Below are positions 36,287-46,141 of a stretch of DNA of 64,000 nucleotides, one piece after another; position 1 is the first letter of the stretch; each line of letters opens with the position of its first letter. The translations under genes and the position numbers were made by a program. The notes below the pieces were generated by a model, which made no database searches, was not told the DNA's origin, and saw only the letters and a program-made list of their open reading frames with translations. This DNA is from Fistulifera solaris (lineage: Eukaryota): NCBI GenBank assembly GCA_030295235.1, contig AP026146.1:496001-560000 (forward strand), given 5' to 3'.

Positions 36287-37234
36287 ATGCTCACCGACAA
36301 TGAAAACAGCGAAATAGACGCCTTCGATGTCTACATGCGCAAGGGCGAGTTTTTGCGCCGCTTGAGGGAACTGGAGTTGCAAGACGAAGCGGAACGAGCG
36401 GCGCAAGAAGATTCTTCTTCTCCAGAAAATAGTGATGCCGTGGTGAAAACATCGGCAGGTCAACAAATATTCATCTACGAAACATTTTTAGCCGATCAAC
36501 GCTATTATGATGACTCCAAACACGTTAATTACAAATACATTGACTACGGAACGCTCGGCACATCCAGCCCTTTGGTGATGGAACAGGATCATCGTCTCGG
36601 CAAGGGCGGACTATGCTGGGATGCCGCCTTTATTTTAGGAGAATACGTCGAGAGTGTTTGGAAGGATCACCCTTTGCTTCCCAATAAAAGTTTTATTGAA
36701 CTCGGATCAGGGACTGGTTTGGCTGGATTAATGGTGGCAAAAGCATTAAATGTACACGTGACAATGACCGATCTGCCGGAATTGATGCCACTGCTGCAGC
36801 GAAATATAGCTCGTAATCTACCTCAGATGGAGTTGGATACAAAGAACCTTGATGAAGTGTACTGGGAATATATGGGCGGAGAAGCATCGTCATCATCTGG
36901 CTGTCACGATAGCCGGGGGAGCGCCACGGCATCAGTTCTTTGCTGGGGAAACAAAGAGCAAGAGAAAAGTCACGGGACATTCGATGTCATAATAGGAGCA
37001 GATCTGGTCGCTTCTTTGTACGACCCGTATGCGCTCGCCGATACAGTGTTCCATCTTTGTCATAATCAAAGCAAAGTATATATTAGCTTCAAGGAACGCC
37101 AGACAGAATACCATGTCATGTTTGAAACAGCCATGCGACAGCAATTTTCCAAACTAGAAATTCTTCTTCCGAACAGCAGGAATGCCAATCCCGAGGTAAA
37201 GATTCTGGTTGCCGAAAGCAAAAATTTGTCGTGA
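36287..37234 (+). CDS. METTL21/Methyltransf_16-family protein lysine methyltransferase
   Basis: GLCWDAAFIL, IELGSGTGLAGL, TDL, LCWG, DVIIGADLV. Confidence 0.88.
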   Translation: MLTDNENSEIDAFDVYMRKGEFLRRLRELELQDEAERAAQEDSSSPENSDAVVKTSAGQQIFIYETFLADQRYYDDSKHVNYKYIDYGTLGTSSPLVMEQDHRLGKGGLCWDAAFILGEYVESVWKDHPLLPNKSFIELGSGTGLAGLMVAKALNVHVTMTDLPELMPLLQRNIARNLPQMELDTKNLDEVYWEYMGGEASSSSGCHDSRGSATASVLCWGNKEQEKSHGTFDVIIGADLVASLYDPYALADTVFHLCHNQSKVYISFKERQTEYHVMFETAMRQQFSKLEILLPNSRNANPEVKILVAESKNLS

Positions 37235-37787
37235 CGATAGTTTTTTTAAACCGAAGCGAGACGCCAAAGCATAAAGCATCTCCCCCTCATGAGAGGACAC
37301 AATAATTTTTGTAAAGAGCATCTCAATCGCCGACTGAAGGTTTAATCCTGCTAGCTTGCTGTGGCTTTTTGTGAAAAGGTTCATGATTGTTATTTCATAG
37401 GGTTCTATTGTTCGAACTGGGTGCTTGTCGGAAGTCTCTCATTGTCTCCGTGACAGAATAAAACCACAACGTTAACCTCCTACAGAACTGTATCAACAGA
37501 AATCCGGTATTTATTCACGTTTTAACCCCTATCCCCTATGTAATTATCCTTGTTGCCGTAAAGAGAAAATTCTCAATAGCTAGAGACTCGAGCGCATTTT
37601 CTCCCTATAAAGAGAAAAATCTCTCTAGCTCTATTGAGTAAATGACGAAACTCAACCACGAATAACAGGCTTTTTAGTTAAGGTTTTGCGGTTGCAACGG
37701 AATCCGACGCAAATTCCTCATCGCATACACAATTCACGACACTTGCAACTCACTCGTTCATTATTATTTTAGAATTGTTCTCCTTGA

Positions 37788-38400
37788 CAAGTCCATCTAA
37801 AAAGAGAAAAAATGGGGGCATGTGCAAGTCCATCTACAAAGAGAAAAAATGAAGGCATGTGCTTTTTTCACGTGACCAGAAAAAAGCGGGCATGTGCTTT
37901 TTTCACGTGACCAGAAAAAAGCGGGCGAGTGCTTTTTTCTCGTGTCCAGAAAAAAGCGGGCATGTGGTTTTCTCACGTATCCAGAAAAAGCGGGCATGTG
38001 GTTTTTCACGTATCCAGAAAAAAGCGGGCATGTGCTTTTTTTTCTCGTGTCCAGAAAAAGCGGGCATGTGGTTTTTCACGTATCCAGAAAATGCGGGCAT
38101 GTGCTTTTTTTTCTCGTGTCCAGAAAAAGCGGGCATGTGGTTTTTTCACGTATCCAGAAAAAGCGGGCATGTGGTTTTTTCACGTATCCAGAAAATGCGG
38201 GCATGTGCTTTTTCACGTATCCAGAAAAAGCGGGCATGTGGTTTTTTCACGTATCCAGAAAATGCGGGCATGTGCTTTTTTCACATGACCAGAAAAAAGC
38301 GGGCATGTGCTTTTTTCTCGTGTCCAGAAAAAGCGCATGTGCTTTTTTTCATTTGTCCAAAAACTGTGGGCATGTGCTTTTTTTACGTGTCCAGAAAATT
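37788..38400. repeat. Minisatellite, about 17-18 units of 33-37 bp with internal dyad symmetry
   Basis: Consensus CCAGAAAAA(A)GCGGGCATGTG(C/G)TTTTT(T)CACGTAT. Two variant 37-bp units (CAAGTCCATCTA...) sit at the left edge. Confidence 0.95.
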
Positions 38401-38506
38401 TCAAACACACTGGGAAAACGAACACCCTTCATTGCTTGCTCAATGCGAAATTCTATACCCAACAATCGAAAGGTATATCTCATAAATCATATTTACAGGG
38501 AAGTAA

Positions 38507-39496
38507 ATGTCAAAACGAACTACTCTGGATCGACGAATCGTTCCGGTGTTGCCAAAGCCAGAGGATACAGCGTCTCGTCGAGACGGAATATCGGCCGCCA
38601 CGGAACGTTATCATCGCCTCCACGGAACCTCGCTCCTCTTGGATGCTGCGGTTGCATTACATGTTTCCTCCGCATCTTGCTATGCGACATCTTGTGTTTT
38701 GTTTCATCGCTTCTATTATCAGGTTTCTCTCCAAGAAGTAGATGTTTGGAGTGCGGCCATGGGTTCGTTTCTGCTCGCCGTCAAAATAGAAGAATTGACC
38801 ATTTCACTGAAACAAGTCATTGCGACGTTTATACATATCTATCGTCAACGCAAAACAATACTATGGGATGACGACAAAGTTGTTCAGTGGATCATGAAGC
38901 AGCCTTCGATTGCGTACGACTCATCCGCTGCATTGCCCTACGCGCAAAAGGATACAATGATCAGAGAGAACGATAGCCACTCAACATCCATCAATCCCTT
39001 TGGTCCTTTATGGAAAGAATGGCATGAAGTGGTGATTGAGACCGAGAACAAAATTTTGCGAGCACTCGGTTTTACCATTTACTGGATACCCGACCGTCAT
39101 CCTCATAAATTCATTCTTTATGTGCTACGAGTTCTCGAAGTGGACTCCAACAAAGGACTGGCACAATCCGCCTGGAATTTTTGCAACGACTCGTGTCGTC
39201 TGGATCTGTGCGTGCGATTTGAGGCACATCTCGTTGCCTGTGCTGCTATTCGTCTCGCCGCGTCCGAACAAGGCGTAATGTTGCCGGACAGTTCATTGCC
39301 CACCGCAATGAAGTGGTGGGAAGTGTTATGTGGACCCGGTCATGAGACGGAATTAGATGTAATCCAGAAGGAACTTCTTGCACTAAAGGACAAGGAATCG
39401 GATGTCGTCATGGCGTCGGTAGCCTTTGTGAAATCGTTGGTCAAGAACGAAAGCTTCAACGGTCCTCAAAGTTTTTCGTGGGAATCTATCAAATGA
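38507..39496 (+). CDS. Cyclin L-like transcriptional cyclin
   Basis: ATSCVLFHRFY, LLAVKIEE, E.KILRALGF, HPHKFI, LAQSAWNFCNDS.RLDLCVRF. Confidence 0.85.
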   Translation: MSKRTTLDRRIVPVLPKPEDTASRRDGISAATERYHRLHGTSLLLDAAVALHVSSASCYATSCVLFHRFYYQVSLQEVDVWSAAMGSFLLAVKIEELTISLKQVIATFIHIYRQRKTILWDDDKVVQWIMKQPSIAYDSSAALPYAQKDTMIRENDSHSTSINPFGPLWKEWHEVVIETENKILRALGFTIYWIPDRHPHKFILYVLRVLEVDSNKGLAQSAWNFCNDSCRLDLCVRFEAHLVACAAIRLAASEQGVMLPDSSLPTAMKWWEVLCGPGHETELDVIQKELLALKDKESDVVMASVAFVKSLVKNESFNGPQSFSWESIK

Positions 39497-39627
39497 AATG
39501 AAATGAAATTAACGACAAAAGGCGCGTTTGTTTGTGCAAAGCTATGTACCAATTATTCAAGCGCTACTGTTCAAATATGTGTCACTGCATACAAGATAAG
39601 CATTCCCATCCGGCAATGGGAATGAAT

Positions 39628-42600
39628 TTAGCGCAACATGATATCCATGCAGTTGGCATAGAATGTGGTCACCGCCGGCCAGTCGTCAAACATACCCTTG
39701 ATGCCAACCTCTTTGTAAAGGACGTCGAGCAAGTCAAAGCGACTACCGGCCGTCAAATTGAGGCCCTGTCCTTGGAGCGTTTGCCAGTAGTAATCGGCTG
39801 ACTCGGCGGGTTTCTCCAAGGGACCAGCGGTGCGACCAAGGGTCCATGTAATGACGTGGAACTCTTGCTCCTTGAGAAGATCGGCGAATTCGGATGCCAC
39901 AATCATACCATCTTCTCCCGGAGCCACAAGCTTCCACATGGGAGGGGCAACGTATTTCGCGCCGGTGCGTTCGACTTCTCGGAGGAAGGCTACATCATCC
40001 GCGCGAACACCGAAGCGGTCGTCGTCAAAGTCCAAAACAACCGCCTGCGCTCCGTATTCGGTTTCGGAAACCACATACTCAATGTCTTCCAAAGTGGCAC
40101 TCTGCAGCCAGACATGTTGAGGGCTGATGCTGTATTCCTCGTATTCGGAAATCACCTTGGCCGCGTAGTCACGCTGAGTAAAGTTACCGAACGGCATTTC
40201 GACTTCTGGCGCCTTGATTTCGGGCGTGAAGCGAGCGCCCAACGAACGAATTAACTCTGTAAGCGGTGGACAAGAGGTTTAGGAAACAACGAAAAGCTAG
40301 TTGAACGCAGCCGACCAGGCAACGTACCAATACTTTCTTTGTGAGTCAAGACAGGTTCGCACTCTTCTTGGTACAAGTCCGTGCGGAAGGCAGCAGTGCC
40401 TCCATACGCGTATCCTGTCGATATTATGGGTTAGAACAGTCTCTTAAAGCTACTTGACGAAAAGGTTCTTACCTTCAGCTGTTTCGGCGTCAACGTCATT
40501 GCTCGAGTCCATTTTGGCACAGAGAGTTTTGATTTCTTCGAGCGTGAAATCGGATGTGCAACACATGGGGGCGACACCAGGCGACCATGGAGTTGTGCAC
40601 TTGGCATTTAAGTCGGGGCGAGTGACAACGTCGGTTGTGGTGTGGAGATCACATTGCGCGTGACGGCACACCAATTCCAGATCTTTCGTAAAGGTTACAT
40701 CACACTCCAAGATACCGGCACCCATACTCGCTGCCGCCCGGTACGAAATGGCGGTATGCTCGGGGAACTGGAGACATGCACCGCGGTGTCCAATCGAGAA
40801 GTCAGACGTACGGAAACCGCCTTCGGGTGCACATGCCACTGCGAAAGAAGGCGCAAACCACAATTAGTTGCATTGAAAGCTCACCGTGATGATTTGATAA
40901 TTGCACTTACTGAGTTCTTCCTTCAAAGGAGAGTCTTTCATTTTCTCAACCAGGTAGTGCGGGCGAGGACCCAACTGAATTTGAGGAGGGAAGACTTGTG
41001 CTTTGCCCAAACCGAACAAAGATCGAAGCAGACATGCGTGGACATGCATCTGATCAACTTTGCCTTCCGCTCCTTGCACTTCTCGTCCCAATACTCTGAA
41101 ACCTTTTCCTGTGAGTTTTTCGAGACAGCCGTCATCGCCTCCGTAGAAGATCGGTACAGGGCGAGTGGAATGAGAACCCCACGCATTTCCTCCTGCTCCA
41201 CGAGGACCCCAGAAATGAGCTACCTCAGTGATGTCGTCCTCGGTCCAAGTGGTAAAGTCCTTGATGTGCTCTGCCTGGGTCTTGCTGTCATCTTCGTGGC
41301 GACCTCGGGAAATCGCTTCATCCCAAGGGTTTCTGTTGCTGTTGTTCTCTGGCGTGATCTTGTGCGATTCCCCAGCAATGATAAAGTTAGCCAACGCTTC
41401 GGGAAAGTCGTTATTCAAAGTCAAGTAATGGTCGTGATCTGCGGTAACATACAACGCATTCTTCTCCCAACCGCCGTTCTCCATAATCCAATCGTAAATT
41501 ACTCTGACACTGTCATCAATGTCGAGCATAGCACCCAACATGTCATCCATGTGATTCGCGTGTGCAGCCCAGTCAATCTGATTGGAGGATATAGATTTGT
41601 CAGCACACATTTCTCTTTCGTGTGTAATGATCACTTTGTGATACTTACATCACCCTGCTCATACATGAGGAAGAAACCGTCGTCATCCTTACTCAAAAAG
41701 TCCAGTGCAGCCTTGACGTTGTCCTTCATTTTTGGGATCTGGGCAACATCGTCTTCCTCGTAGTGGTTGCAAAGCACTGACGAAACGTTGATGTACTGAA
41801 AGTTTCCATCTTCATCATCGACGACGTTGTTACTTTGGCACCAACGCTGGGTGTAGCTGCTGTCAATTCCACGGAAAGGAAGATTTTCTTCACCAGCTTC
41901 TGAAAAGTCACCCCCAAAGCAAACAAGCAAGTGGTCGCCGTTGTCGGGATCGAGTTCACCAATAGTGCTGTAGAAGTCCTGTTGAAGTGAAGTTTGAGTG
42001 ACTTGTTAGTCTCACCGACGTTTTTGAATCTCCAAGAAAGACTTACCTCGGCCATCACATCAGGGCTTTGCGTGAGAACGGTCCACTCCGACGACATTGC
42101 ACCTGAAAGCATGCTTTCGTAAGAACTCTTTGGCCAATCTTCTCCGGCACAAGCACCGCTTGCAAAGGTTGGGTTCACCTCTTGGAACGATTTCTGGAGG
42201 GTTTCAGTATCGCGACGACTTGCAGCATGAGAAATAAAGGCACCTGGAGTGGCGTGAAGAATCGTGACAGAAGACATAGATCCTCCCGCCTTTCCACAGA
42301 ACTGCGCATCTTCGACAGAGTGCTGACCTTTTCTTCGTAAAGGTCTAGACTCATCATACCGACGGCAGCCTTGTGACCGGTAGCCAAGCATCCGGCCGTT
42401 GAGGCGGAATCAGTTGCATGCTGCATGATGTAGGTCGGGTCAAAACCATCGGAAGTATCCGGATTTTCTTCGTAATAGCGCGAGTCCCAGGGGTAATACC
42501 CACCCTTGACGTTGTCCCAGAGAACCATGTTTCCACCGTCCGCAGCGTAATCCAAAGGGCTAAAGTCAATCGGATTTCCGCACTCGTTAAGAAGGAGTGG

Positions 42601-43395
42601 CGCCATGCCCGGCTTGTGGCTATCGACGTTTCCCAATAGACTCGTTTCAGGAGCGTAATGATTACCATCCTCGGGGTCGGCGATAACGGTCGTAGTAGTT
42701 GTGACAAGACCGAAACCAGGAAGTTCTTGAAACGAAAGACCCGATCCTTTGCCTGATTCACGCAAAGAGAACAACGAATGAGTTGGTTTTCGACGTGCAA
42801 TAATAAGTAATAGCAATGACAACGCTCACCTTCCGTGTAATAATCCCGGAGAGTGCGTCCGGAAAAGGCTCGCACAGCGTCTCTCATGTCAGGGCAACCT
42901 TTCTTCGTGTCACAGCCCATCTCTTCTAGCTCGTCCACCACACGCCTGCCAATAGCCCCCGCACGAACCATTTCTGCGACGAATTCGAAAAAAAAGACAT
43001 TTAGTATGTGATATGGCAGTGCGATACGATTTCACTCATGCACTTACCCCAACCCATTCCATCTCCAATCACCAAGATTACGTTTTTTCCCTGGTTGTTG
43101 CCACAAAGAGTCGGAGGGATTTCGTCGATGACACCTTCACGCAACAAAAGGCGTTCCGAGTTGTCATTTCCATAAACAGGGAACTTGGGAATCGCACTGC
43201 ATTCTCCATTCTCTTCTGCTCCTGCAGCAGTCTCGTTCTCCTTTCATTAGGAAAAGCCACAACGTTAGGATTATCGGAAAGCCCATCAAAGCAAACGAAT
43301 CATTAGCTTGGTGAACTTACATTGTGACCATTCAGCCGACGGCCATAGGCCATTGCCACCAAGGCAGCAACAGTGAGGGATGTAAACTTGACCAT
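39628..43395 (-). CDS. Secreted alkaline phosphatase (PhoA-type) fused to glycerophosphodiester phosphodiesterase; multi-exon
   Basis: Signal peptide [20 protein letters not shown] motifs [50 protein letters not shown] motifs QLGPRP.YLV, IGHRGA, FPEHT, LECDV, FTPEIK, VITWTL. Confidence 0.88.
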
Positions 43396-44484
43396 TGTTT
43401 GTCAATGGAAGATAACGCTTGTAAATTTCTTGCTACCAATTTGTTAAGAGAGCGACCAAATCTCCCCCCTCGCATGAAAAATGAGGGTCGGATTTTTGGC
43501 GCAAACGAAAACTGCTCCAAAGATCTCACGAAGATTCATTCCAAGATCTTACTTTTGAATTTCTTCGAAACGGTGATCGGCATCCCCTCTCAACACGTTG
43601 AATGAGGTACCGGTACCGTACTCCCTCTCATCCTTCGTCATTCGTCATTCTTGATAATTATCCATAGATAAAAACTCTTTCTTGATCGAATCTCTTATGA
43701 ATCTGGTTCCATTTGTATTACCAAAATGGTTTGACGACTGTTGCAGTGTCTCAGGTTCGCCGAAAGTTCGGCGGCGATGTGCGCTGCCTCAGAAAGTGTC
43801 TATAGGAAAAGTGTCAAACGTCAAGATGCAGTGGATCCATTTTCTTATTCACTTTTAATGCAGTTTTGCACACTTTCGCGAATCACCATGTACGCCTTGT
43901 GTCTGGATGACGTCCAAGTGGAGTAGCGAAGGTGATTCAGCGAACATGAAGAAGTAGGCATGAGACATGAGTGATGAAGGAAGAAACAAAAAAAACGAAT
44001 CTTTCTTCACTCTCACAGCGAACGATTTGAATCTTCGCAAGTTGGCGTGTCGATTGTGGCCAGGAAATTCGTCGATCTATTATTTATTACTACGTATTAT
44101 TTTGTGTCGGCATTCGGCATGTCGGCATCGACATTATTTTTTTGACATCTGAAGGCGCAGGTATAAGTACAACATTATCGATGGGGTTATACATTTTTGG
44201 CGTGACTGTCAACACCCGTACTATGTTATGCTCATTCTTTACTATGAACCTCCACTCAATACACCATTCAAATGACTACCAGGTATAGGTAGGACAAGCA
44301 CATCGATAGTCTCTTAACTTTAAACAGAATTTGCTTTCACGAGGTCCTTGTCAAACTGCAGTTCGAACATGCGAGTTTCATGATGACAGTCGAAATCCGG
44401 TGACTTTTCGTGAAACGAACATGTAGTCGCAAACATCCGAACCCTCCGTGTAATCATTTGCAACCCAGAGTACGCGTCGCGAAT

Positions 44485-45642
44485 CTATTCCTCATTGATT
44501 TCCTTCCAAAATTGCCAAGTCTCTTCTTTGTTCTCGTCGTCCCAAGGTGCTTCGTACAGGACTCCCTGAGCGGCCAGCTGACGAGCCTTATCAATGTTCC
44601 CTGCTGCCTTGTGTGTCAGAGCCAACGCCTTGTGTACACCGGGAAACGCGCGATTCGTTTGTAACGCGGCTTCTCCTAGGTCGATCGCTATCTCGTAATT
44701 TTTAAGATGGTACGCGCACACAGATGAACCAAAGAACACTTTGCGTTGTTGCGGTGGGGTAAAATCGTCCACATCGTTAAATTCCATCATTATCTTCTGA
44801 TAGGTTTTCTTCGCGGCAACCCAGTCCTCGAGTCTCTCTTGATACTCCGCAATTTGTAAGTAAGCCTCAATCAAATCCGTGTTGCGAAGAGTTATTCGAC
44901 CTTCGGGAAGGCTTTCCATCTGCGTCAAACCAAATAAATTCTCTCTCAATGAGTTTCCTTCCTCCACCATCTTAATCCATTCGGGAAGAGCTTCTTGCAT
45001 TACATCGATTGCCGCACGGTGGTCACCACGCAAACTGAGTAGTCTCGCTCGCATAGGTATGAGAAAGAACATCAGATCGGTATCTCCAGCGTTGTATAGT
45101 TTCTCAATTTCTTCCATGGCCATTGCCACGCAGGCTTCACGCTCTTCTTCGGGTAGATCGCGTCGACCCGCCCGGGCGGCCATGACCGATATACGCGACG
45201 TGGACGACTTCACCAAGTCGGGTATCTCCGATCGGCAGTAGGGGCACTTGGTCCCATTCACAGTGCTGTGTGGACCTCGGCCGAGACTTTGTAAGCGAAC
45301 CAAGCACGCGAAACAGAATGCGTGCTGGCATTTGGTAAAAATCATGGGATTGACCATCTTTTCTTCCAAACAAATTCCACACGTCTCGGCCGTGTTCGAT
45401 TCACCCGGCATGATTCCGGTAATTTCTTGAATTTCGCTCAAATCTCCAATTCCCGTACACCGTTTTCTCATATCGTCTACACCATGACAATCGGGCTTGT
45501 GTCGCTTCCAATCCTTTCGTTGACACGTTCGATTGCAGTAATACACCATTTTGCAATTCGAGCATCGACTCGCTGGATGTGTCTCGCCGCAGCCTTCCGC
45601 GTCACACGTAATGTACTGTCGTAGTGCGTCCGTGTCTTCCAT
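44485..45642 (-). CDS. MYND zinc finger + C3HC4 RING + TPR-like protein (putative E3 ligase)
   Basis: CSNCKMVYYCNRTCQRKDWKRHKPDC; CGICL...CQHAFCFAC...CPYC; helical repeats at the C-terminus. Confidence 0.85.
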   Translation of the reverse strand: MEDTDALRQYITCDAEGCGETHPASRCSNCKMVYYCNRTCQRKDWKRHKPDCHGVDDMRKRCTGIGDLSEIQEITGIMPGESNTAETCGICLEEKMVNPMIFTKCQHAFCFACLVRLQSLGRGPHSTVNGTKCPYCRSEIPDLVKSSTSRISVMAARAGRRDLPEEEREACVAMAMEEIEKLYNAGDTDLMFFLIPMRARLLSLRGDHRAAIDVMQEALPEWIKMVEEGNSLRENLFGLTQMESLPEGRITLRNTDLIEAYLQIAEYQERLEDWVAAKKTYQKIMMEFNDVDDFTPPQQRKVFFGSSVCAYHLKNYEIAIDLGEAALQTNRAFPGVHKALALTHKAAGNIDKARQLAAQGVLYEAPWDDENKEETWQFWKEINEE

Positions 45643-46141
45643 GGCTTACTCGGTGCTGTGGTTATAAGAATGAGAAAGAATAACAGACGAGCGATTGGTA
45701 ATCTTATGCTATCGTCGTCGTCGTTGCACCGTTTACTGCAGAAGTTTTACAAATGCAACTCACGACTGAAATGCAGTCGTGATGAAAAGCCGCTCACACT
45801 TTGGGTCTATAGCAATCAAAAACTACGTTCCGGGTGAATACCAGGTACCACGTACTCGACAAAAATAATGAGAATGGCATTGCAAATGCTTCTGAAGGTA
45901 AGTTCGGGTTTACTAGGCTAGTAAAACTAGCAGCGGTTAACCAACAGTCAGGCTTCGAATACCGAAAACTCTGGTTCATGACTGAAATGCAGTCGTGGTA
46001 ACGTTCTTCTCACAGGTTGAGTTCATAGTGCACAAAGTAGTAAAGTGAGACGGACTCTCGCGGAGCAGATTGATTGATGAAACCATCACAATCTCTTCAT
46101 CACTCATAAGGATCATTGAGCATTGTACAAGTACTTGCACC

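Noticed and set aside
37788..38400. CRISPR array suggested by ~34-bp palindromic repeats
   Set aside because: Units are head-to-tail with no unique spacers, no cas genes are present, and the context is eukaryotic.
37859..38871. Repetitive ORFs of 208, 325 and 119 aa across the minisatellite
   Set aside because: They arise because the repeat lacks stop codons in several frames. Variable unit lengths scramble the frames, so they are unlikely to be coding.
40642..41763. 373-aa plus-strand ORF and similar long antisense ORFs
   Set aside because: These are antisense shadows of well-supported genes on the other strand and have no motifs of their own.
7133..43395. Functional cluster of the CTL choline transporter with the AP-GDPD gene
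   Set aside because: They are about 30 kb apart with many unrelated genes between, and nothing indicates linkage.
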